This document shows, piece by piece, positions 1 through 8,273 of a stretch of 64,000 bases of DNA. Position 1 is the first letter of the stretch, and every line of letters begins with the position of its first letter. The DNA lies in assembly GCA_963716255.1 (NCBI GenBank), contig OY970303.1:2112001-2176000 (forward strand), given 5' to 3'. A program made the translations under genes and the position numbers. Below the pieces are notes generated by a model, which had not been told where the DNA came from, did no database searches, and saw only the letters and a program-made list of their open reading frames with translations. Source of the stretch: an uncultured Gemmatimonadales bacterium (GTDB lineage Bacteria > Gemmatimonadota > Gemmatimonadetes > Longimicrobiales > Longimicrobiaceae).

Positions 1-438
1 GTAGTAGTTCAGCCCGTCGGCCCAGGCGTCCATCAGCCGCTTCAGCCACTCCGGGCTGGCGGCGTAGTGCGCCCGCATGCTGTCCGGGTGGATGAACAGC
101 TTCATGCGCAGGTCCTGCCAGACCGCGGCCTCGCCCTCGGCCTCGGCGAGCCGGCCCAGGGAGTTGAGGTAGTTGGTCTCCACGCGGTTGAAGTCGTCCT
201 CGGCCTGGGCGTAGATCATCCCGAAGACCGCGTCGGCGTCCGTCCTGCCGCGGACGTGGGCGATGCCCCAGTCGTCGCGGGTGATGGTGACGGCCTGCGC
301 CTGCCGCCGCCAGCGCGCGGCGTCGCCGTCCGCCGCCGGCGCCGCTGCGCCCGGGGACGCGGGGGGGGCGCAGGCGCCCAGGAGGAGCAGGAGCGCGAGC
401 CCCCGCAGGGAGCGGGGCGCCGTGGGGATGCGGGTCAT
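1..438 (-). CDS. Penicillin acylase family (Ntn hydrolase) protein, N-terminal part; runs off the left edge of the window
   Basis: Manual translation: MTRIPTAPRSLRGLALLLLGAC (lipobox-like) ... VTITRDDWGIAHVRGRTDADAVFGMIYAQAEDDF, the typical alpha-subunit start of this family. Alternative in-frame ATG at 450. Confidence 0.88.
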   Translation of the reverse strand, partial: MTRIPTAPRSLRGLALLLLLGACAPPASPGAAAPAADGDAARWRRQAQAVTITRDDWGIAHVRGRTDADAVFGMIYAQAEDDFNRVETNYLNSLGRLAEAEGEAAVWQDLRMKLFIHPDSMRAHYAASPEWLKRLMDAWADGLNYY

Positions 439-627
439 GGGTGAATGCATTCGGGTGGTCGCGGACGGCGCGGCGCCGCGGCGAATCCGCCGGCGGAGCC
501 GGCGCAGCCGGGCGGATTCCTCGGAGTTCGGCCCTGCAACTTCGGAGGAGTGCAGCGGGATCGCAACCGGCGGTCCGGACCGGTCCGCACACCGCTCCAT
601 CCTGCCGTCGGCGAGCTGCCTGTTTGC

Positions 628-656
628 TTGACAATGCCGGAGGGCATCTGTACGAT
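628..656 (+). promoter_or_regulatory. Putative sigma70 promoter of the RiPP cassette
   Basis: TTGACA (628-633), 17-nt spacer, TACGAT (651-656), 36 nt upstream of the precursor ATG. The spacer holds the inverted repeat ATGCC-ggag-GGCAT. Confidence 0.7.
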
Positions 657-692
657 GCTGATGTCCGTTCACCCTTTCCGGAGGTCGATCTT

Positions 693-860
693 ATGGCCGT
701 TGCAGCGGAGCCGCGCATCCTGGACGTGAGGAACAGTCCCGAGGAGCGAATCGCCGGGTTGAAGAACGACAAGCTGCGCAGGATCGCCGAGGCGGTCCGC
801 TCGTCGTCCGACGAGCGCCCTACCGCGGGTCATCTGAACTACTTCAAGACGACGAGCTGA
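693..860 (+). CDS. Putative RiPP precursor peptide, 55 aa (MAVAAEPRILDVRNSPEERIAGLKNDKLRRIAEAVRSSSDERPTAGHLNYFKTTS)
   Basis: GGAGG RBS at 680-684 and ATG at 693. Helical leader (ILDV...KLRRIAEAVR) recalls FxsA/YhhA/HaaA-type leaders. Aromatic C-terminal core; lies directly upstream of an rSAM/SPASM maturase. Confidence 0.8.
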   Translation: MAVAAEPRILDVRNSPEERIAGLKNDKLRRIAEAVRSSSDERPTAGHLNYFKTTS

Positions 861-887
861 CTCCGGTCTTCGACGGGGCCGCGAGCC

Positions 888-925
888 CGGTTCCGGATCG
901 CGCGGGAGCCGCGCGACCGGAACCG
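888..925 (+). terminator. Strong stem-loop after the precursor gene (mRNA stabiliser or partial terminator)
   Basis: CGGTTCCGG-a-TCGCGCGG / gag / CCGCGCGA-CCGGAACCG: a 17-bp stem with one bulge and no U-tract. Confidence 0.55.
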
Positions 926-1240
926 ACGCCGGAGGACAGAGCCGGGCGCGCGCCTGCGGCAAGCCGGGGATCCGGGGGCTCGCACCGCCGGTCGGGTCCA
1001 TCCGCTCGGATCCCCGCATGGGCACATGGGATCGTGACCATCCGCTGCACGCTCGCTGGCGTGCCGGCGTAAGGTCGGCGTGCTTCGAAATCTCGGACTC
1101 CAGCGCCACTGCCCGGTGGGCGGCGGGTCGAGACCCTGCCCTCGGGCGCTTCCTTCGTCTGCACGACGCACGCAGCCCGCAGCGGCTCGCGTGGCCCCCG
1201 TGGTACCGAGTACCCTCCCGTCCCCTTCGGAGCCCTCTCC

Positions 1241-2410
1241 ATGAGCCCAGAAGCTTCGGATTGCTCAGCTTCCGCGGTCGAGGGCCGGCACCCTCTCAAT
1301 TCGTTCATCCTGAAAGTTGCGAGCCGCTGCAATCTGAACTGCAGCTACTGCTTCATGTACAACCTGGTCGACCGTTCGTGGAAGTCGCAGCCGAAGATCA
1401 TGTCGCCGGATACGTTCAGCGAGACATGCACACGAATCCGGGAGCACTGCCTCTGCCACGGGCAGCGGTCGGTCTCCATCGCGCTGCACGGCGGAGAGCC
1501 GATGCTGGTCGGGATCGAGGTTCTGCGTGAATATCGATCCATCGTCCGGGACGAGCTCGAGTCGGCGGGAATCGGGGTCGACTTCGTCATGCAATCGAAC
1601 GGGACGATCTTCTCCGAAGAGCTGGGGGAGTTCCTGCTGGAGAGCGGCATCGGCATCGGGATCAGCCTCGATGGGCCCCCGGATGTACAGGACACCTACC
1701 GGATCGATCACCGTGGTCGTGGAAGCTCGCCCGCGGTCGAGCGCACCCTCCGGGCGATCACCCAGCCGCGGTATCGCCCCATCTTCAGGGGTTTCCTGTG
1801 CGTGATCAACGCCGGTGCGGATGCCCGGAGCGTGGTGGACTACCTGCTGTCCTTCGACCCGCCGATGATCGACCTGATCCTGCCCGACGACAACTACGAC
1901 AGGCTGCCCTATGGAAAGGCGCGATCGCTGGACGACACGTCGATGGGCCACTGGCTGGTGCAGGCATTCGATACGTGGTACCGCTCCGAGACCCCGGTTC
2001 GCGTCCGCTATTTCGAGAACATCCTGAAGCTGATCCTGGGAGGCACATCCGACATCGAGACGATCGGGAACAGTCCCGCGGACTTCATCATCGTCGAAAC
2101 GGATGGCACGTTCGAGCTGCTGGACTCCCTGAAAGGGTCCTACGAGGGTGCGACCTACACCGGGATGAGCGTGTTCCGGAACGGTCTCGATGAAGTGGCG
2201 GACCTGTGCCAGGTACGGTCCAGGCAGCTCGGAGTCGAAGCCCTGAGTGCCACCTGCCGCGCGTGCGAGATCGTGGACATCTGTGGCGGGGGATACCTGC
2301 CGCACCGGTATTCGACCGCGAACAGCTTCGACAACCCCAGCGTGTACTGCTCCGATCTGAAGATGATCATTCACCACGCTTACCGCGCGATCTCGGAGGA
2401 GCAATGGTGA
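1241..2410 (+). CDS. Radical SAM/SPASM peptide maturase, FxsB/YhhB/HaaB-like (cyclophane-forming family)
   Basis: FILKVASRCNLNCSYCFMY (CxxxCxxC), SWKSQPKIMS, LHGGEPML, ISLDGP; SPASM CRACEIVDICGGGYLPHRYS...FDNPSVYCSDL. Confidence 0.9.
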   Translation: MSPEASDCSASAVEGRHPLNSFILKVASRCNLNCSYCFMYNLVDRSWKSQPKIMSPDTFSETCTRIREHCLCHGQRSVSIALHGGEPMLVGIEVLREYRSIVRDELESAGIGVDFVMQSNGTIFSEELGEFLLESGIGIGISLDGPPDVQDTYRIDHRGRGSSPAVERTLRAITQPRYRPIFRGFLCVINAGADARSVVDYLLSFDPPMIDLILPDDNYDRLPYGKARSLDDTSMGHWLVQAFDTWYRSETPVRVRYFENILKLILGGTSDIETIGNSPADFIIVETDGTFELLDSLKGSYEGATYTGMSVFRNGLDEVADLCQVRSRQLGVEALSATCRACEIVDICGGGYLPHRYSTANSFDNPSVYCSDLKMIIHHAYRAISEEQW

Positions 2411-3012
2411 CGGCAGCCGACTGCGCGCCGAGCGACCTGGCCGGGAGACCGGGATCCCTGGCCTTCTCGGACATCCCGTTCGATCACTTCACGTGGCCGA
2501 ACTGCCTGTCCCCGGACTCGTTCCGGGTGGTCAGGGAAGAGGTGGCCCGCCTGGAGTGGCAGAATGCGCGCAGCGAAGAATACCTGAAGGATCACAGCAC
2601 GAGTGCGAGCACGGAGCTGCTGGTCAGCGGCGGAACGGGCACGAAGGTCGCGCTGGATTTCTTTCGCTCGGCAGGGTTCATCGACCGGCTCAACGAGATG
2701 TTCGGCGTGACTGCCACGCACCTTTCGAACATCGTGTACCTGCGCATGCGGGCGGGTTTCTACAATCACGTCCATTCGGACGAGAATGATTTCGGCGAGC
2801 TCGTCCGGCTGATCCTGTACATCAGCGGGGAGGAGGAGTACGCGGGCGGCGAGCTGGTCCTGCACGGCGACCGTGACGGGCGCGGCGCGTCCTGCGCCCT
2901 GCGGTTTCCCGCGAACAGCATGTTCGGGTTCAGGATGGACGGCCGGTCCTACCACTCGGTGAAGGAGGTGACCGCCGGGGAGCGTATATGCTTGAGCCTG
3001 ACCTACTCGTGA
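2404..3012 (+). CDS. 2OG-Fe(II) oxygenase (prolyl-4-hydroxylase-like)
   Basis: HSD (HxD), YAGGELVL, distal SYHSV and ERICL. ATG at 2404 overlaps the end of the rSAM gene (translational coupling). Confidence 0.85.
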   Translation: MVTAADCAPSDLAGRPGSLAFSDIPFDHFTWPNCLSPDSFRVVREEVARLEWQNARSEEYLKDHSTSASTELLVSGGTGTKVALDFFRSAGFIDRLNEMFGVTATHLSNIVYLRMRAGFYNHVHSDENDFGELVRLILYISGEEEYAGGELVLHGDRDGRGASCALRFPANSMFGFRMDGRSYHSVKEVTAGERICLSLTYS

Positions 3013-3144
3013 GCGCCATTTTCCCCGCTCATGGGAATTCCTCCCCGCCTGGGAGGGGCCGACGCTTCCGCACGTGCAGCGCCGCCATGATCCGCGCCTC
3101 CGGAATGCGGTTTCAGCTCACCTGAGCGTGCGTCGCCGGCTCGC

Positions 3145-3744
3145 ATGAATCCCATGCCGAATGCATCCCACTACGAGCGCAGGCGGGCATGGTACCACCA
3201 CCAGTACTGGTCGGCGAGCGAAGCCCCGGCCGAATCGTCCAGGAACGGGTTCGCAGACTATCCGTCAGCCACCTACGACCGGTTCGCGGCCATCGTTCGT
3301 GAGCGCGCGAGGGCCGACGAGATCGCTCTCCTGGATCTGGGCTGCGGAACCGGGTTGCTCCTGAAGCACATACGCGACCGGGTCCCGTTCCGGGTCGTAC
3401 CGCATGGAGTGGACTTCCTGGAGGAAGCGATTCGTGAGGCCCGGCGCGTGCACCACCCCGAGTACGCGGAAAACTTTGTCGTCGGGAACATCAAGGATCA
3501 CGGGATCGAGCCGGGCAGATTCGACATCGTCCTCCTGGACCCGTCCCTGCTGGCGACGGACGACTTTCCTCCTCTCCTCCACCACCTGGCGACGAGCCCG
3601 CGAACCACCGTACTCCTGTACACGTACGCGGACGTACTGGAGGCGATGGGGGTGCGGACCTTCGAGGAGATGCCGTGTCTGAGGAATGTACGCGGCTCCT
3701 TTCGCTCTCACGACGACGTGTCGTTCGCGATGGTTCCGGCCTGA
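3145..3744 (+). CDS. Class I SAM-dependent methyltransferase
   Basis: Motif I LLDLGCGTG, GVDF, FDIV. Confidence 0.85.
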   Translation: MNPMPNASHYERRRAWYHHQYWSASEAPAESSRNGFADYPSATYDRFAAIVRERARADEIALLDLGCGTGLLLKHIRDRVPFRVVPHGVDFLEEAIREARRVHHPEYAENFVVGNIKDHGIEPGRFDIVLLDPSLLATDDFPPLLHHLATSPRTTVLLYTYADVLEAMGVRTFEEMPCLRNVRGSFRSHDDVSFAMVPA

Positions 3745-3861
3745 CCGGATCGAACCGGAACAAGGGATCGCCCCGTCCATTGCATCCGAACGTCCGTTTC
3801 GGATACGAGTTCGATCTCCAGGACAGGCCGGGACGAAGGCGCGCGGAGCCGGCGGCGGCGC

Positions 3862-4617
3862 TCACTTCTGCCGGGCGCTCCGCTCCATCTCGCGGGCCAC
3901 TTCCGTGGCGGTGCGGAACCGCTCGGGGCCGCCCATGCGCCGCAGCTCGTCGCGCGAGACCCGCGTGGGCTGCCCCTTCCGGAAGCGGGCCCTGATCTCG
4001 TCCATGTGGCGCTGGTGCTCGATGGCGTCGGCGAGAGAGCCGATCTCCAGGGGCGGCGCGCCCCCCGCGGCGGCCAGGCGGCCCCGCACCCGCGCGCGGT
4101 GCGCCCGCACCAGGGCGCCCGCCGGGGTCGTGGCGGGGTGGTACTCGCAGTCGATCTCCGGCGGCATGCTCATGGGCGAGGCCGCCAGGGCGGTGCTGGT
4201 CAGGACGAAGGTGCCGTCGCCGAAGACGCTTTCCAGCTCCACCACGCGGACCGCCTTCCCGGAGAGCTCGGCGTGGTGGACGAAGGCGAGCACCCGGCGG
4301 TCCTCGCCGAGCATCACCCGCATCGCCGTTGGCTCCCCGATCTGCGCCCGGCTCACGGTCACGTCCTCCACGTCCCCCAGGAAGGAGAAGTCGAGCGCCG
4401 CGAAGTCTCCCGTCCTTTCCTCGTAGAAGGCGTGGTCCAGACGCGGGAAGTCGCCGAGCGACACTTCGCGGTAGCTGTGCGGCCCGGAGTACAGCGCCTG
4501 CATGGTGCTGCGGACGCTGCGCGCGGCCCTGCGGACGCGCCGGCGCCGGCCCAGGTACGCGGCGGCGCCCGCGACGAGCAGGAGCGCGACGGCAGCGGCG
4601 GCGAGGAGGTAGGTCAT
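3862..4617 (-). CDS. Hypothetical protein with N-terminal membrane anchor
   Basis: MTYLLAAAAVALLLVAGAAAYLGRRRR followed by a soluble domain with normal composition. Confidence 0.7.
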   Translation of the reverse strand: MTYLLAAAAVALLLVAGAAAYLGRRRRVRRAARSVRSTMQALYSGPHSYREVSLGDFPRLDHAFYEERTGDFAALDFSFLGDVEDVTVSRAQIGEPTAMRVMLGEDRRVLAFVHHAELSGKAVRVVELESVFGDGTFVLTSTALAASPMSMPPEIDCEYHPATTPAGALVRAHRARVRGRLAAAGGAPPLEIGSLADAIEHQRHMDEIRARFRKGQPTRVSRDELRRMGGPERFRTATEVAREMERSARQK

Positions 4618-4714
4618 GGCGGGTGCGGGTCGGATGGGCGGCCGGGCGGGCCCGCGGGAAGGTGCCGGAGCCCCCCAAGCTAAGCCGCCGCGCCGCCGGA
4701 GCAATGCCCGACCG

Positions 4715-4764
4715 GAAAACGGCGCCCCCACCGGGATCTCCCGGTGGGGGCGCCGTCCGCTTTT
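4715..4764. terminator. Probable intrinsic terminator, possibly bidirectional
   Basis: Perfect 18-bp inverted repeat ACGGCGCCCCCACCGGGA / TCCCGGTGGGGGCGCCGT (4719-4756), with an AAAA tract on the left and a TTTT tract on the right. Confidence 0.75.
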
Positions 4765-4953
4765 CGCAGTACCCATCAGATATCCTGCGGAGGGAGACTC
4801 GCGCGCAGTTTGCGCGAGGCTCCCGCAGCCGGAGCGGAGACACCGGGGCAGTTTCGGTGGCTCCGCGACCCGCGCAGGAGACGGACGGCAGTATCGTCCG
4901 GCTCCGGAGCGGCCCCGACGCGAGGGCCCCCGACGTACGAGCCCCCGACGGAA

Positions 4954-5079
4954 TCAGAAGTGCCGGTCCATGAACGTGCTGGTGCCGTCCTCGGGGTTGC
5001 CGGTGGCGCCGGGCAGCTCCGTCCAGTTGTAGAACGACGCGGAGTTGGGGTCGTTGATGCGCGGGTAGGTGTAGTCCAC
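4954..5079 (-). CDS. Possible small peptide or gene fragment, 41 aa (MDYTYPRINDPNSASFYNWTELPGATGNPEDGTSTFMDRHF)
   Basis: Not in the ORF track. Almost all codons end in G or C and the composition is protein-like. GTG start with no clear RBS. Confidence 0.45.
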   Translation of the reverse strand: MDYTYPRINDPNSASFYNWTELPGATGNPEDGTSTFMDRHF

Positions 5080-5181
5080 TCCGCACGCGTTGTCACTTGT
5101 AGTGAGCGGAACGAGTGCTCACGGGGGGATGGACGCCGGAGGCTTGCGGAGCCGCGCCTCCGCTGGGGCGATGCCGCCGGC

Positions 5182-5552
5182 TCAGGAGGAGTTCCGCACG
5201 GCCGCGATGAACTCGTCGGGTGGGCGGTAGCCGTGCACGGCCACGTAGTGAACGACCAGGACGGCGGCCGTATACACCACCGGCCCCGCTCCGCGCACGC
5301 GGATCTCGCCGGTGCCGCACGGCTTCCGGACCTGGTCGTCGGGCCCGGACAGAACTCGCAGAAGTGGAGCCCCCGCATCACCGCCTGTGGCGTGCGCGCC
5401 AGTTCCCGGAGGCGGGCGACGAAGCCGGGTGGGCATTCGCCCGTGGAGTACGGCTGGTCCCCGGCGAGCCACCCGACGTTCAGCATGACGGCGGGCGGTT
5501 CGGGCCGGATGAACGAGTAGCTGTACTCCGACAGGTCCGTGAGGTATGCCAT
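5182..5552 (-). pseudogene. Frameshifted small hypothetical gene
   Basis: N-half MAYLTDLSEYSY...LNVGWL...RGLHFCEFCP is in one frame. C-half CGTGEIRVRG...HYVAVHGYRPPDEFIAAV is in another. The shift falls near 5335-5348. Confidence 0.75.
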
Positions 5553-5598
5553 GACGCACGACCTCCGGGTTCGATGGACGGGCGGGCCGCGCCGGGTC

Positions 5599-6225
5599 CT
5601 ACCGGTAGTCCCACTGCACGACGCAGAACGACCTGAGCGAGACCCTGCGGTTGCCCAGGTACAGCGCGGAGCGCAGCCAGTTCTCCTGCTCGACCCTCAG
5701 GGCGTCGTCGGGCTTCGGGGCGCCCCGCCTGCACTGGAGGAAGACGACCTCCTCCCCCTTCCAGGCGTAGGTGTCCCAGCAGCCCTTGAAGCGGGCGCGC
5801 CCGTTCAGGCCGGCGACCCGGGCCAGGAGCTGACGGGGCTCCGCCTCCTCGATGGGGCGGTTCTTCTGCTCGTCGCGGGGGACGTCGCGCCACTCGGTGA
5901 GGAACTTCCACACCTCGCCGCGGCCGCCGGAGGTGTTCACCCAGCGGCCGCTCCACCCTTCCTTTTCCAGCAGCCGCAGCACCGCCAGCTCGGCGAACAG
6001 GTGCTCGCCGTCCAGCTCCACCATCCCCGCGGCCTTCTTGCCCAGGTCGTCCACGAAGGGCTGGCCCGTCCAGCGGGGGAAGCGCGCGAACACCGCCGGG
6101 ACGTCGTGGATGGCCCTCCCCGTCGGCAGGGTGATGGGGGTCCTGAGCTCCACCCGCAGGTCGTCGCGCTCTACCAGGGGCGCGAGCGCCGGGTACCACG
6201 CTGGCCGTTCCACCGGATCCGTCAT
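5599..6225 (-). CDS. Hypothetical protein with a VRR-NUC/PD-(D/E)XK-like C-terminal region
   Basis: GCWDTYAW...VVFLQCRR...DALRVEQENW parallels the VRR-NUC pattern G.PD...F.E.K...D.L...Q..W. GGAG RBS upstream of ATG 6225. Confidence 0.6.
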   Translation of the reverse strand: MTDPVERPAWYPALAPLVERDDLRVELRTPITLPTGRAIHDVPAVFARFPRWTGQPFVDDLGKKAAGMVELDGEHLFAELAVLRLLEKEGWSGRWVNTSGGRGEVWKFLTEWRDVPRDEQKNRPIEEAEPRQLLARVAGLNGRARFKGCWDTYAWKGEEVVFLQCRRGAPKPDDALRVEQENWLRSALYLGNRRVSLRSFCVVQWDYR

Positions 6226-6342
6226 CGATCTCCCGCCGGGAGTGGGCGCGCGCGCGCCCGGAAGAGTGCCGCGAGCATGCGAAGATGCCTGCGGCATCGG
6301 CTCCGCCGCAAGCCGCGCGGGGCTCGTGCCCGGGCACCCGCG

Positions 6343-6846
6343 TCAGCGGGGGTCCGGACAGGGCGCGGGCGGAGGCGTCCCCGGGCTCACGGACTCGTCC
6401 TCCAGCCGGATCCGCAGCCCGCCGCCGCGGCGGACCAGGAGGCCGGTGTACGAGACCACCAGCGGCGGCGCGCCCGGGCAGGTTCCCCACGCGAAAAGGC
6501 CGGTGACGACCACCGCGTCCGGGCCGGCGGCCTCGAAGGAAAGGTCGCGCCACTCGAAGCTGCGCGGCGGAGTCCACTCCGCGCCCGCGTACCGGGACCG
6601 GATGGCCTCGTACGGCTCGAATTCCTTGTGGCCGTTGCCCACGAAGTAGGCGCCCGCGCTGTCGTAGCGCGCGGCGATGGCGGCGCGGTCGCCCGCGAGC
6701 AGGTCGCGCGCGTACGCCTCCATGAACGACCGCGCCTCGTCGGCCACGCCCCGCGGCGCGGCCGCCGGCGCGGCGGGCAGGCCGGCGCACGCGGCGGCGA
6801 GCGCCAGCAGGACCGTGCCCGTGAGCGTCCTCGCGCACCGGATCAT
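6343..6846 (-). CDS. NTF2/SnoaL-like (DUF4440-like) exported or lipoprotein
   Basis: Signal peptide with LAAAC; GDRAAIAARY...DAVVVTG...LRIRLEDES pattern. Confidence 0.65.
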   Translation of the reverse strand: MIRCARTLTGTVLLALAAACAGLPAAPAAAPRGVADEARSFMEAYARDLLAGDRAAIAARYDSAGAYFVGNGHKEFEPYEAIRSRYAGAEWTPPRSFEWRDLSFEAAGPDAVVVTGLFAWGTCPGAPPLVVSYTGLLVRRGGGLRIRLEDESVSPGTPPPAPCPDPR

Positions 6847-6851
6847 CCGCG

Positions 6852-7118
6852 CTACCCGAAGCGCTTCGCCGACCGGACCCGGGCCTTCTGCGCCTCCTCG
6901 GCGCGGTCCCGGGGCGCCGTCCTGGTCTCGATGGAATCGACCAGGCGCCGGGCTGCGGCGGCGACCTCGTCCACCGCGCGGTCGAACGCCTCCTCGTTGG
7001 CGCGGGACGGGTGCGTCATCCCGCTCAGCTTGCGCACGAACTGCAGCGCGGAGGCGCGCACCTCGTCGTCCGTGGCGGGGGGCTCGAAGTTGGCCAGCGT
7101 CCTGATGTTCCTGCACAT
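6852..7118 (-). CDS. DUF2277 family protein
   Basis: MCRNIRTLANFEPPATDDEVRASALQFVRKLSG signature. Confidence 0.9.
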   Translation of the reverse strand: MCRNIRTLANFEPPATDDEVRASALQFVRKLSGMTHPSRANEEAFDRAVDEVAAAARRLVDSIETRTAPRDRAEEAQKARVRSAKRFG

Positions 7119-7159
7119 GGATTCTCGCGGGTCCGGGGGGATGTGCGCGGCGCGGCTCG

Positions 7160-7663
7160 TCAGGCCGTGCCGTCGTGCGCCCGGTGCAGCTCGGCGACGT
7201 CGATCTTCTTCATGCGGAGCATGGCCTCCATGGCCCGCTGCGCTCCCGGCGACCCGGGGTCGGCCATCATCTCCTCCATGCCGGTGGGAACCACCTGCCA
7301 CGACAGGCCGTAGCGGTCCTTGAGCCAGCCGCACTGCTGGGCGCTCGGGTCGCCGCCCTCCGAGAGCCGCTCCCAGTAGTAGTCGATCTCCTCCTGGGTC
7401 TCGCACCGGACCTCCAGCGAGACGGCCTCGTTGAACGTGAACACCGGCCCGCCGTTGAGCGCGGTGAACGCCTGTCCGTCCAGCTCGAACGCCACCGTCA
7501 TCACCGAGCCCGCCGGCCGGTGGTGCACCTCGAACCCCGCGGTCCCGTAGCGGGTGATCGCCGTGAGGCTGGAGTTGGGGAAGATCCCGGTGTAGTAGCG
7601 GGCGGCCTCCTCGGCCTCGTCCGCGAACCACAGGCAGGGGGTGATTCTCTGTGTCGTGGCCAT
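7160..7663 (-). CDS. VOC/PhnB-like (3-demethylubiquinone-9 3-methyltransferase family) protein
   Basis: ITPCLWF...AEEAARYY...ALNGGP.F.FNEAVS...CGWLKDRYGLSWQVVP. Confidence 0.9.
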   Translation of the reverse strand: MATTQRITPCLWFADEAEEAARYYTGIFPNSSLTAITRYGTAGFEVHHRPAGSVMTVAFELDGQAFTALNGGPVFTFNEAVSLEVRCETQEEIDYYWERLSEGGDPSAQQCGWLKDRYGLSWQVVPTGMEEMMADPGSPGAQRAMEAMLRMKKIDVAELHRAHDGTA

Positions 7664-7757
7664 GCTTCCTCCCGGGTTGATGAGGGGGTCGGTGGAACGC
7701 GGCTGGTCTTCCCGACGCAAGCAGCCGGCCGGGACGTCCGCCTTTCCGGCGGGCGGC

Positions 7758-8273
7758 TCACGCCGGGGCGTACTCGAGCGACACGGTGCCCGTCTTCTCG
7801 TACACCCGGTGCTTCACGAGCCTGAGCCGGGCGCGCTGCGCCGGGGACGGCAGCAGGGGCACGCCGCCGCCGAGCAGCACGGGGATCACCGCGACCTCCA
7901 CCGCGTCCACCAGCCGGAGCTCGAGCAGGCTGCGGAACAGGGAGCCCCCGCCGAAGAGCCAGATGTCCTTTCCGGGGCCCGCCCGGAGCGAAGCCACCGT
8001 CGCCGCGGGATCGTCCGAGACGGCCACGCCCGGGCAGTCCGCCTGGCGGAGGGTGCGCGAGAACACGTATGCCTTCATGCCGGGCATCCCCCCGCCGCCG
8101 CCCATGTGCCGCATCGCCTCGTAGGTGTTCCGGCCCAGGAGCACGGTGTCGAAGCCGGCCATGAGGGCCCGGAAGTCGATGTCCGGGTCCATGACGATCC
8201 AGTCGCTCTCGCCGCGCGGGCCGGCGATGTAGCCGTCCAGGCTCGTCGCCACGGAGAACCGGACGCGTCTCAT
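7758..8273 (-). CDS. Dihydrofolate reductase-like (RibD C-terminal) protein
   Basis: ATSLDGYIAG, LLGRNTYE, GKDIWLFGGGSL, PVLLGGGVPL. Confidence 0.9.
   Translation of the reverse strand: MRRVRFSVATSLDGYIAGPRGESDWIVMDPDIDFRALMAGFDTVLLGRNTYEAMRHMGGGGGMPGMKAYVFSRTLRQADCPGVAVSDDPAATVASLRAGPGKDIWLFGGGSLFRSLLELRLVDAVEVAVIPVLLGGGVPLLPSPAQRARLRLVKHRVYEKTGTVSLEYAPA

Noticed and set aside
861..1240. Additional gene between the precursor and the rSAM (e.g. ORF from 1018)
   Set aside because: No protein-like translation or RBS; it overlaps the rSAM out of frame.
1241..2410. rSAM as anaerobic sulfatase maturase for the sulfatase at 60107-61453
   Set aside because: It lies about 58 kb away. The GGGYLPHRYS...FDNPSVYC tail and the adjacent precursor fit peptide cyclophane maturases better.
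5102..5122. lac-operator-like GTGAGCGGA sequence
   Set aside because: Only a partial match, and no LacI-family gene or sugar operon is nearby.
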